Part shown: piece by piece, positions 35,715 to 47,863 of the stretch | Numbering within the stretch: position 1 is the stretch's first letter | Layout of the letters: each line of letters starts with the position of its first letter | Assembly: GCF_036321535.1 (NCBI RefSeq) | Contig: NC_087445.1 | Span: forward strand, 62,870,001 to 62,934,000 | Direction: 5' to 3' | From: Camelus dromedarius | Lineage: Eukaryota | DNA length: 64,000 nucleotides | Made by a program: the position numbers and the translations under genes | Notes under the pieces: generated by a model | What the model was told of the DNA's origin: nothing | Database searches by the model: none | What the model saw: only the letters and a program-made list of their open reading frames with translations

Positions 35715-38614
35715 CTGGATCTATTCTGAGTCCCCCACCCCTACCCCAGGAGGAATTATAACAGAGACTGAGAGGTCCCCATAGTGAGAGTCTCTGTAAA
35801 GTGGGCAGCCGGAGAAACAGAAGGTGGAGGGGGATCACAGCAGCCAGTCAAAGAGACATTGCGTGGTCCCCTGGTCTTGAGAGAAGCCTCTAGCTACTGG
35901 CACCACTGAAAAGCCCCTGAAAAAGCCCCCAAAGAAAGGGTCAATTTAAAAAACCTGTCAGGACCAGAGAACACAGATACAAGGGCACCAGGGCAAGGAT
36001 GTCCTTCTCAATCCCCACCATCTCTCCCTCCTCTGCTCTGACTGTGGACAGAGAGGAAGAAGAGCGAGAGAGAGACAGAAGGAAGACCAACCTTACCCTG
36101 GCCCCTGATATCCACGCTGGGGAGGGCAAGGAGATTTGACTTGTCAGACTTAGAGATCTGATTAAAATCTTGGACTGGACATCCTAATTCCTGACATGAA
36201 ACTGTATTATCAGTTTAAAATGCCTATAGCACTGTCTGTTCCAAAGGAGTGATAACAGACTAGATGTGGCTTGCTAAGATTTTCGTCTAGGAGCAGAGGA
36301 AGATCATCCCAGTGAATACATTAAAAGGAGTGTGGGAACCAGCTCACATATATATACTTGCAAACATACGTATCTTCATAAACTATATCTTGATCATTCT
36401 AAATTTTTGCTATCAGCTGAACCGTTTGCATCATCATCACTATGGTGCTTATCAAACATTTTAAATTTTAGTTAGTGCTAATTTAATATCTGTCTCCCCA
36501 ACTAAACTGTGAGCTCCACGAATGCCAGGACTACAGCCAGTTTTCATGACCATTTGCATCCCCATCATAGAGTTCAATGTCTGATGTACTGTAGACAGTT
36601 CACAGGAAAATATCTTAATAAACAAACAGATGAATGTGTAATCTGATCCCTTTTCCCTTTAATTCCCTCTATTCCTGCAACATTTATCAGACTTCAAATC
36701 CACTGTCTCAATTTTATCACCATCGCCCCAGAGGTAAATAGTCTTAACCTTACTTTAGTCATGTACAAATGGTAGCTCAGAGAGGTAAAGGAATTTGCCC
36801 AAGAACACATAGCTAGTAAATAGTCCAGCTTTTTGTACCTGGTTCTACTGCCTCTTTCATTGTATTTTTGTCCGAAATTTTTCAGCTCTAATATATATAT
36901 TAGAGTCATCTCTGTTGCAAAGTCATCTCTGTTGCAAACACGTGGCCTTTCTTATTCCTGTCACCTCCAGACAATAACCCTAGGCTCCCCCACCCCTTTC
37001 CAGGCGTTAAGGCATTTTAAAGGTTAGCTAGTCAGAAATTTCACCTGATGTTTCATTCACCACCAAATGATTCGTCAACCGCTATTTGGACACTTCTAAT
37101 GACATATAACTCAGTACATTTTTAGGCCTCCAGTTCCATTATGGGACAGCTCTGTTGAATCTAGCCTGGCTTCCCATCTGGAAATTGCAATTCTCATCTT
37201 AAGCATAAGACCCAGGCCCGGAGCTATGAGCTTTATGCGTTTTGGACGCCCCATCTGCAGTACTCAAGCCTGCCCCTTACCTGTGGGTCATGCTAAGATT
37301 AGCCAATTAACTATAGTGGAGGTAGATAAATTCCTGACCTCAGGAACTATGGGGCACCCTTGAGTAGTCTCTGATTAAGGTGTGCGTGCGTGTGCGCGCG
37401 TGCATGTTTCAGGAATAGAAGGGAAAGCCACAGTGGAGACTGTAAAAAGAAGACAGGTCTATAGAACTGCCAAATCCTAGGACAACTTATTTCCTGCTCC
37501 AACCTAATTTGCAACTTCTTCCCTAAATGCACAGGTAATATGCGTGATCACAGAAGGGCAGCTACAGCACAGTGACTTGCTTGGGTTTAAATTCCAGCTC
37601 TTCCATTCCCAGCTGGATGATCCTGGAGAAGTCATTTAACCTCCCTGAGGCTCCATTTTCTCATCTGTAAAATGTCAATAATGCCAGTATCTAAGTCTTG
37701 GATTATTTGAAGGATAAATGAGAAACTGAAGCCAATAAATAATTTACAAATTCTAGGGTGTCAAGAGCATCTTCAGAGGCCAGTGCTTGGCCTTCAACTC
37801 TGAATTACTCATTCTTGTGCATGTCTGAGTCCACAAAGCTTCCTTTGCAACCTGCTGGTGCTTTAGCCACACTGCCAGGAATCTCCTTAAACTACCTGTT
37901 TCCTACCTAGTGGAACGTAGTAGGCAAGGGTAGAATTGAGAACTTAAGCCCAAAGCTACTAAGTCAGACTACCTGATTCTAAACTCTGGGCAAATCGCCT
38001 CACCTCTCTAAACTTAGTCTTCTCATTTTTAAAAACGAGGAAACTAATTCCTCACCGAATTGCTCTGAGCATCAAATGAGAGATGCAGCATCTATGATCC
38101 CATATAGTCCTTGCTATCATCCTACAAAGTAGAATTGTTGCCCCCTTTTACAGATGAGGGAACTGAGGCTCAGAGTGACATAGTATAACTGACAAGAGGA
38201 TACTTGTTTCCAGTGAAAAAAGGTAAATCTCTGAGGAAGGTCATATTCCATGTGGGCAGTGAGATGTACCCCTGGACAGTACCCAGTAGCCCAGTAGTGG
38301 CTGATGTCTTTTGTTTATTTATTTACAAGTTAGAATTATTTTAAAAGGTATTTTTTAAAAGGACAAAAATACCCACATGGTTTTGCTGTATTATTTGCCC
38401 TAAAGTAAAGAGTAGAGTGAAGAACCCCAGGGCAGCCCAAAAGTGCGTCTTCCCACAGACTAAGGGCATGCTCAGCCCCCACCTGCCCTGACTTATCTTT
38501 CTCTTGTGTTCAGGGAACAGTCAGCATCCAAGGTATCATTTGCTCCTGCCTCTTGGGACAAGGTGTGCTGTGGCCAATAACGGGAAGCTGGATGAAAGGC
38601 CACGTGTGATCTTC

Positions 38615-38631
38615 TGCTGCCCTCTAGTGCC
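38615..38631 (-). promoter_or_regulatory. Candidate CTCF site
   Basis: The minus strand GGCACTAGAGGGCAGCA matches 13 of 14 positions of the CCASYAGRKGGCRS core. Confidence 0.55.
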
Positions 38632-39099
38632 TTCTTAAGATGATTGCTCCTGGGAAAAATCTGTTAGGTTTTTGATGCCAAAGAGTGATCACTGTGGGCA
38701 AAGCAACTTGCTAGGCATTGAGCACAGCAAGGAGGAGAGTAAAGGCTTAGCTATGATACAAGGAAGCCCAGTGTAATGACTACAAGGGCTCTAAATGAGC
38801 GTCTACTTAGAAAGTCTATCAGTGTCAGGTTTGGAGCTAGGCATTGGGGGGTGGGCAGTGAAATTACAAATAATGATTCATTTCAACCCTAGCTGTGCTT
38901 AAGTGTAGAGATTTAGGAAGGAAAAGATAGAAGGGAAGGAAAGAGGAGAGAATGGGGACAAGGCAGAGAGAAGAGGTAATCGGTGGAATAGGATCTTGAA
39001 GGAAACAGGACGAGATGATCCCCCAGGTAGCAATGGAAAGGATGTGGTCTGAATGTCAGACTTGGGTTTGAATTTGTTTGATCAAAACTGCATTTGACT

Positions 39100-39284
39100 A
39101 GGGCTTCTGTGTACAGTTATGCAAGTTGTGTACTGCATGACAGCAACAAGGCAAGGGGGTGAGTGGGGGCTGAATCCTGCCTCAGCTCCACTGGCCATGC
39201 CTGTGCCCATGGGACTGAATCCAGGCAAGGGAGCACCATTTCCCAATTCATTTGAAAGGGGGCTTACAGCTAGCTAAGGCCCTG
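39100..39284. mobile_element. MER91-like hAT-Tip100 element
   Basis: agggc...cagttatgcaagttgtgtactgca...ggccctg termini. Confidence 0.55.
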
Positions 39285-40844
39285 GATGTGACCATGGACA
39301 AGCTACTTCCTCTCTAGGAGCTTCTGCCTTTTCGTGCATACACTAAGGTTAATATCATCAACAATAAAAATTATTGTAATTTAAGATAATGGATGCCCAC
39401 GCCTCTCAAGAGGTTTCAGTTCTACTACTAGTATTATTATAACAACCTGGCTGTATTCTTAACATGTGGTGGGATAAGTTTAAGAAAAAAGGAGAGGGCA
39501 GAAAGGAAATTCACATTTCCTGAGCTTCTATTCTTAGCCAAACACAAGACATTGTAAATTTCATTGAATCCTCACAACAGTGCTTTAGAGTACGAATATT
39601 ACAATTTTTATAACCATATTTTACGACCGAGGAAACAAGAGGTTCTGAGGGGTGACAGACTCAGCCAAAGGCTGTTAGGCACTCAGGCTCTGACTTCAAA
39701 GCCTCTTTTCTAGCCGATGGAGCATAGAAGCATCATTACTAGAAAGCCTGCCTTCTCCTTGGGATCCCAGTCCTCCTCTTTCATAAAAATTCTGCTGTCA
39801 TTGACTATACTTCAATTTTTTAAAAAAATGTTATTATGGATATCAGGATGGTTGATTAAGGATAAAACAGAAAAAAAATCCTTGAGGAAGGATTACAAAA
39901 TTCCTCCTCCTTCCAGTAGCTTCTTAGGCTAGGGATCAAGGAGGAAATGCCCGGAGGAAATGTGCGCAAAGAATCACGCTAATGGCCTGCTTGAGATGAA
40001 GACTCCCAGCTCAGGCTGCTTGGACAGGACCTCGAGGCAGCCGAGCAGGCCAAGGAGACACACCAGGCCACCCTGGAGCCGGTGGAAAGCTTCCAGGTTG
40101 AAACATTGGGGCGGGTGTGAACCTGGGATGGCTCAGCTGGGAGGAGGCTTTGGTGCCATCAGAAAACAAACTGCCACTCTTGACCACGTCCTAAAGGGGC
40201 TCCAGTTTTGCTGGCACACTTCTAAGTCTTCATGATCACTGAAATCTTAACAATACTCAGACTGAAAGGTCACCTTTAAACATGCTGATAGGCGATGCTT
40301 TTGGAGAACACATTCAAGGTGAGTTACTTCTGCTAGCTTCCTTCTTCCCCTGGGTGTGCTGCTCAGGGCAGGAAAAGGGAATCATGAGCCTACCAATCCA
40401 AAAAAAAAAAATTCAATGAAAATTAAAATAAAATTAAAATAAAGGGCTGAGACCACTTGGGACTCTGTCTTATCACTGAGGACATCAGTAAAATTAATAT
40501 TAATAACAGCCAAGATTTTACAGACACATGCTCCAGGCCAGATGTGCTGCAATATGCCCTGTGTACACTGTCTCCTTTGTTCCATATAAATCATAACAGT
40601 GAGAGGCTGGTTTCATTTCTGCGCTTTAAAGTTGACGAAATGGAAGCTTATAAAGGTGAAATTGGGGACAAATAGCCTTCCAGTTTAATGTGTCTTACTT
40701 CCAACCATGTTCCTGTGATCTTAAGCTGCCTCCACTTGCTAAACTGCTGTAGACTCAGGTTATAAATTCTGGAAATCAAATGTGCAATTTCTGTTACTTC
40801 TGCCTATTACATCATAGTGATAAGCAATATAATCTTTAAATAAT

Positions 40845-43810
40845 AATCTATGGATAATCAATAGGGAATAGGTTAAAAAAAAAGAAAAACTATGGTTCAT
40901 CCATAGACATAGTGGAGTCTATAGGTTTTTAAAAAATATTTTATTAATTTATTATTGTATTACTTAATGATTTTATTGGGGGTAATTAGGTTAATTATTT
41001 TTACAGGAGGTACTGGGGATTGAACCCAGGGCCTCCTACATGCTAAGCATGCACTCTACCATCTGAGCTACACCTACCCCTGCAGAGTCTATGTTCTTAA
41101 AAAGGTACTGGGGCAATCTTCACGTGCTATGGAGTAACCACAATGTTTTATTAAATAGACAAAACAAAGTATGGGACGGTTTTATAGTGCTTTCTTTTGT
41201 GTAAGAAAGAAGGAGAATACAGATACACAGACAGATAAAATCATATTTTATATTTATATTAATTTTATGTTTATATTATATTTATACATTTGTATTTTAT
41301 ATTTATATTTATATGTATATAAATAGATATAATATGCATATTATACCTAACATAGATAGGTATAATTTTTCACTAAGAAACACAGACAATTAACCAAAAC
41401 TAATACAACTGGTTACTGACTAGGGGAGTGAGAATATAAGTTAAAGGGAAAAAGGAGAAGTCAGAGCTTTTTAGTGAATCCTGCTTTATAAGCTTTAGCT
41501 TAGGAAGCACACCAAGTTTTTACAGAATTTTTTTAATCAAAAAACAAAGAAAAACAATACCTAAAAATTATATGCACATTTTAAATATATGTATCCTGCT
41601 ATATATTAAAGTGTTGACATAACTACACAGAGAAAATAATTATGTTGAGAGGCTTCAAAATGCAATATTTTGATTTTACATGCTTAGTGAGAAATAGTCC
41701 AAAGAAAAAATGTTCTGCAAATAAATCTTAAACTAGATTTTAGGGACTTACTGTGAGTTGTAATATCAGTATTGCTATTTTGAAACTATTATGTGTATAT
41801 TGTGAGCTATAGCAAACAAGCCATTATGTTACTATCCTTAGGAACTAAGATTATCAACCTAAGAAAGAGCCAATTCAGATATAAAGTCAGAGAAGCTAAG
41901 AAAAATTCTGCACCCTGAAATTTCCATTGGCAATCACATATACTTAACGCTTCTTCTCTTTTAAAAAAAATAAACATTTCATAGCTCTGTCCACTGAAAA
42001 GGCCTAGAAGTAATGGTAACCTAATAGCAGCAAGTTCCCCTAACGCCCAGAATCTTGTTTTTGAATACCATTTCCCACTAAAAGGAACAAAAGATTCTTG
42101 GAAAAATTCCTTATTCCAAGTCTGGGATAGGTGTGGTACAAGCTGAGTCTGGGATATCTTGCTGTGCCAAAAAATAAGATAGCTGCCAAAGACCAATGTG
42201 ATCATTTCAAAAGGACAGAGAAGCCAATTTAGAGAGGCGCCCACTGGCGTAACACTGAACAAATTGAACATCAAAGTGAACAATGACTGCAATTGATTAA
42301 AACAGATCAGATAAATACATTTCCTGAGATTATTATGCTCCTCAAATCAAAACCAAAACCAAAGCCAAAGCCAAAACCGAAAAACAAACAAAATGAAATC
42401 TCAATATCCACCACTGGGGATGGTTAGGAGACCAGCTCAAGAGTAGCAGAGAAGATTTTATCATATGAACTGGATTTCAGGGTAACCACAATTTACTTTA
42501 TGGAAATACTGCAAGCAGGAAGAATGACAGAATTAGGAAATGACCATTTTGCAATCTCTAATAAAACAATAGCTCTAGACAGCTATCATCAATGAATCCT
42601 AAAACCATTAGGAGAAAGGCTGATGGGAAATATTCTAATGAATGGATCACAGTTACAACATCTGAACCTACTGGTAAACCTTAACTTCACTAAAAGCAGA
42701 AAACCAGACAGTAAGTGCTTTTGATATGATGCTAGAGTAAGTACATGGCCTGTATATTTCAGCTGGTGCTTCTTAGGCCCATGGGTAGATTTCAAGTGTC
42801 TGTAAATTTGCATAGGGGAAAGATACACCTTTATTTTCAGGATCGTCTAAATGCAATCGAGCACTTTAAATTTAAATTATGAATGCAGGCAACAAACTAC
42901 AGTACAGTAACACTTCCTAAGACTTCGACATAATCAAAGCCACATACATTTCCATCACATTACAGTTGTTACAAATATTTCTAAACATTTACATTCAACA
43001 CCTGTTAGAAATCATGGTAATTATTAGGCTCTCCACTAAATCTTGTCACCAAGAAAGGAGCACATACATTGCTACATTTACCATTTGGTTCTTTTGTATT
43101 TTGATAATTATATCTTGATATAATTTCTTTCTTCTGTGGTCCTCATGTATTTCATTTTATGCATTTTAAAACATTCTGAGAAGGGAGGTCTATAGTCTTC
43201 ACCATTCTACAGCAGTCCATGAGACCAAAAAAAAAAAAAAAAAAAAAAGGAAAAAAAAAAAAAAAAGAAAAAAGTGCTGAATCCCTAGGAGAGAGGAAAA
43301 ATTTAAAAAGCACCAGGAGGAAGCAATCAGCTAAATCTGCAAAGTGCAAAATTCTAAAAAAAAAAAAAAAAAAAAACAAATGAGTCAATGCTGTCAAGCA
43401 ATAAAGGCATGGGCAAAAATTACAGATGTAACAATTACAGATTAGAGGAGACCTCGTACAACCTGTAGACATTCTAAACCTTAAACATACCTACTATAAA
43501 AAGGTACTTGGAAGTAATTAAGGAAATTTTAATATGAAGTACTCGATGTGATAATGATGTTGAGATTATGTTAAAAAATAATCATCTGCTCAAGATACAT
43601 ACTGTGGTATTTACAGGAGGAATGACAGAATATCTGAGGTTTGCTTTAACAGACTCCAGCAACAAAAGACGTATCAAGGGTGAGGGATAGCTGAAGCAAA
43701 CGCAGTGAAGTGTTGACAACAATATTTGCTGGGTGATGGGCACAACGGGATTCACTATCCCATTTTCTTTCCTTGTTTATGTACTTTTCTCAGTGAAACA
43801 CTGAAAAAAG
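40845..43810 (+). mobile_element. Long ancient L1 (L1MC4/ME-like) 3' region interrupted by a SINE, AT-rich sequence and a hAT-like insertion (~42770-43290)
   Basis: A-rich plus strand with motifs such as tagctctgtccactgaaaaggcctagaag and aatggatcacagttacaacatctgaacc. Boundaries are approximate. Confidence 0.65.
40923..41084 (-). mobile_element. tRNA-derived SINE (camelid Vic-type) with extended tail
   Basis: The plus strand reads ggaggtactggggattgaacccaggg...tgctaagcatgcactctaccatctgagctacacc, with a tail containing gggggtaattagg. Direct repeat gagtctat at 40915-40922 and 41085-41092. Confidence 0.88.
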
Positions 43811-44383
43811 TGGGCTGCCAGAAGGATTACACAAAATCAAGAAAGGCAGTTACTGCCAGGGAGGACTGCCCCTCATTTCGGAGGAGGGATTTTTCACATC
43901 TACATTATGCACTGTTTTGATGCCTTCCTCTAAAGGTATTATCAGTTGCATTATGTTTAAAAAAATAGTAAAGAAATTTTCCTACTTTTAGAAAATACAT
44001 TAGAATAATAAAAAATTAGCATAGCAGTGACATAAAAAGAATACGTGGGTGGAGGTGGTGGGGCGTAGGAGGGTGGTGGGGGAAAGGAGACTGTTTAGTC
44101 TGCTGCCACCCAGTCTTTAAAAGATACCAACTGGTAGACAGGGTAATGGTAGCCACTATAAAGAGAAAGGTGGCTGAAATCCTGGAGCCAAAACGACAGG
44201 ATATCTGGACTGGGGCTGACACGTGGGGCTTAGTAAAAATAAGGCGTATGGGAAAGCTTCCAGCAGCCCTCACTTAGTATTGGGTTGAGGTTAATGACGT
44301 GACACAGGGAACATTCTCCGAGCAAGCCTCCAGTGCTAACATTTATCAAACACCTACTCAGGTGTTTGATTACTTCTGACCTT

Positions 44384-44973
44384 TATAACCTATGGGGCCT
44401 TCTCAGAACTGACCCCCTCCCCCCCAAGTCCTCTGCCTGCCTCTTGTCTGTAGAAAAACTTTAGCCTCCTAGGTCTTCTCAAAATTGAATCACAGAAGTC
44501 AGAAAATGCAGAAAGAAAGGAAACAGTCAAGCAAGGCAAAATAATGGTTGTTCAGCCATTAAACAAGGTTAAGTACCTTTAGTTTCTCCTCCAGGGGAAC
44601 AGATATTCCGAGTCACATCCTTTGAGATGTTTTACTAAAACCCACACCAGGTGGAACAAGTTAACTGTATGCTGCCCACAAGCACGAGACCCCAGGCAGG
44701 TTGATGATGTTGACTCCTGATTGCCTTATCACCCACCAATTAGAAGAATGTCCACAAGCTAATCACGCATTTCACAACCCCTCTCCTTAACCCTGTCTTT
44801 ACAAACATTTCCCTGAAATCCAGCTTGGGATTCGGGCCTTTTGAGCACTAGCTACCTGATTTCTCGGCTTGGCACCCTGCAATAAACACTGCACTTTCCT
44901 TCACCACAACTTGCTGTCAGTAGATTGGCTTCACTGCACGTGAGCAAGCAGACCCAAGTTTGGTTCAGGAACA
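44384..44973 (+). mobile_element. ERV1-type solo LTR
   Basis: About 590 bp, with AATAAA at 44881 followed by the U5-like ...gacccaagtttggttcaggaaca terminus. The 5' boundary is uncertain. Confidence 0.75.
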
Positions 44974-45714
44974 CTTTGGCTGGCTATCCACACTAGTTCA
45001 AACCATTACAAATTGGGTCTGGCCAATGCACATAAATGTGTATGATATTAAAATAAAGACTCAGAATCCTAAACCAGCTATTTCCATATCAGCTCAAGGA
45101 AATAAAACCAACAAAAGAAAGCATAAAAGCTCCCTGCAAACCTTACTTGTGATAGTTAAATGTTCGAAGATGAGCTTATCAACTTGACAAATTCTTATCC
45201 AGCCAGTTTGACAACTAATAAAGGACAGAAAAAAATGATTTCAAACATTTTTCCATATTAAGTAAATAAAAGATAAAAACATTTATTAGAAGATGAAAAT
45301 GTTGGACACCCAGCATGGTTGTAAGTATATATGAACAGTTTAAAAGGGAACCTGGTAAATATTTATATTTACATAAATGTAACCAACATAATGGTTATAT
45401 TAAGGTGATGGATAAAGTTGACTCTTAAAATTTCCTTTTATGCTGTAAATTTAAATCAAATTCAAACATTTACTGAGCACTTTCTAGGTACCAGGTGCAG
45501 GTTAAATGGAAAAACACACAGGGATTGGGTATGGCGTATGGAGATTAGAGTCAGAGTTTCAGCAGAATGTAGACTAATGACAGACAAATGGAACGATAGA
45601 TATGTACATAAGTAGAATAAAAGACTGAGGGAGGAAGAAAAGGAAGGAGGCATGAAGGGAGGGAGGAAAGGGGAGAAGGAGAAGGAGGGTGGGAGGGATG
45701 GAGCCTCCAAAACG

Positions 45715-46216
45715 GCCTGTGATAATCTCACCTCCTCACAAGCACTGCCTGGATAGTCTCTTCCACTTGAGCAACTTGTTTTAACCAACAGAACACAGCA
45801 ACATGGAGGGGATGCCACTCCTATGATGACGTTACAGAAGAATGTGTCCTCTCTCTTGCTGGTTTTGATGAAACAAGCTGTCCTGGAGAGGCTCACGTGG
45901 CAAGGAGCTGAGGGCAGTCTCCAGCCAGAAGCCAGCAAGGAGAGGAAGCTCTCAGTCCGACAAACCCATAAAGAACTGAAACCTGCCAACACCACCTACG
46001 TGGTCTTGGAAACTGCTCCTTCCCTAGCCTTTCAAGTGAGACCCCAGCCCTGGCCAATAACTTGATTGCAGCCTCGCGAGAGACCTTGAAGCCCATCCCC
46101 TAGTGAAGCTCTGCTCAGACTCCTAACTCACAGAACCTGTGAGATAAGAAACGCGTGTTGTTTTAAACCACAAAGTTTGGGGGTCATCTGTTATTCAGCG
46201 ATAGATAAGTGATACA
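45715..46216 (+). mobile_element. MaLR MLT1E-like LTR
   Basis: cacgtggcaaggagctgagggcagtctccagccagaagccagcaagga...ttttaaaccac...atagataagtgataca. Confidence 0.8.
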
Positions 46217-46921
46217 GATAGACAGATGTAATTTTACATTATGTCATGAAAATTCTAGCAGTTATAAACCTCTAGACTCAGACAAATTTGGTTAGGCTGT
46301 ATTAGAGTTTTAAACTCCTTCTATTTTCTACTCAATATCCCATAAACAAGACATTTCTCTTTCTCTTCAGAATTCAGCTGCTAATATGGGAAGGAAAAGA
46401 GAACATTTTGTCAAAATAGTAATCATAGTAATAGTAATAATAACAATGACAAGAATAGCTAACGTTCATACAGCACTTATTCAGGCAGTGTTCTAAAAAT
46501 CTTAGATCTATTAAAATCATCTAACATTTACAATATTACTGTGAGGTAGATAACTACTATTATTTCCATTTTGCAGTGGGGGGGGTGAAGTACAGAAAGG
46601 CTAAGTTGTTCAAAGTTACATAGCTTGTCAGTTGCAACAAATTACCAAGCATTACTTCAAACCACCTTCTAAACCATTCCGCAAAATAACCTTCCAGGTG
46701 GGTGGAATTGGGGTTTCAACCCAGGTTTGTCTGACTCTGAAGCCCTCCACTACACAATGGTGGACTTAATAAGCAAACTTATTTATAAAATAATAAATGC
46801 AATACAATGAGCATTACCATATCTCATTTTAGCTGATGTTATCACTATTTTAAAGAGAATGAAAGAGAGAAAACTAGAGATCTCTGTAAACGGAGAAAGC
46901 AATCTTTAGCTGATAGGGTGA

Positions 46922-47863
46922 TGTTATCAGTTGAATTGTGTCCCCCAAAAGATATATTGAAATCTTAACCCCCAGTATGTCAGTATGTGACTCCATTTGG
47001 AAACAGGGTCACTGTAGATTTAATTAGTCAAGATGAAGTCATATTAGAGTTTTAATCAGGTAAGATAAAGGTCATAATCTAATAGGGCTGGTGTCCTTGT
47101 AACACGAAGACACAGATGTGGATGAAAAATGTTGCCTGCCAAATCAGTAAACAGAGGATGCTACAACTATCAAGCCATCAGACACTGCAGCCACCCCAGC
47201 TATGCACCCTGAGGGGACCCAGGATGCAGAAAGCAGAATACTGGCCCTCAATAGTTAAGGCGCATGTCAAAGGAATGATTTCAGTGAGTCCAGACTCTTG
47301 CATCTTCCCATATAGAGAAAAAGCTCTAAGTTCATTAAGTTGAGATGTCTGGTTTTTTTTAATCAACAATAATCTTTTGATGTTCCAACTACCAGTTTTC
47401 TTGCTGAGAGACTCCTATATACCCTGGCTCCTCCCTCACCTTTTGGGAGTAGTTCCTCAGAGCTATCTGAGAGGCTGTCTTCTGGGTTTGAGCTCTCGGT
47501 TTTGTCCGCCAAATAAAACATAATTCTCAGCTTTTAAGTTGTGATTTTTGTTTTGTTTAGTTTTTCAGTTGACACAGACACACACAGAGGAGAATGCCAT
47601 GTGAACAAAGAGACATACAGGAAGAAAATGACCATGTGAAGACAGGGGCCGAGACTGGAGCTGTTACCACAAACAAGGAACACCTGGGGCCACCAGATGC
47701 TGGAAGAGGGAAGGATTCTCCCTGTAGACTTTAGGGAGCCTCGCCCCACTGCCACCTTGATTTCAGAATTCTAGCCTCCAGAATTGTAAGAGAATAAATT
47801 TCTCTTGTTTTAAACCACCTAGTCTATGACACTTTGTTATGATAGCTCAATGAAACTGATACA
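46922..47863 (+). mobile_element. MaLR MLT1B-like LTR split by a later LTR insertion
   Basis: Begins tgttatcagttgaattgtgtcccccaaaa and ends gaaactgataca. The two halves rejoin at gacacaga|cacacacagaggagaatgccatgtga. Confidence 0.85.
47117..47574 (+). mobile_element. ERV1-type solo LTR (458 bp), complete
   Basis: TG...CA ends with imperfect inverted termini (TGTGGATGAAAAA / TTTTTCAGTTGACA). AATAAA near 47512. 4-bp TSD caga at 47113-47116 and 47575-47578. Confidence 0.88.

Noticed and set aside
43227..43273. Long poly(A) suggesting a retrocopy tail
   Set aside because: There is no TSD or upstream mRNA-like sequence. It looks like expansion of an A-run near the end of a hAT-like element.
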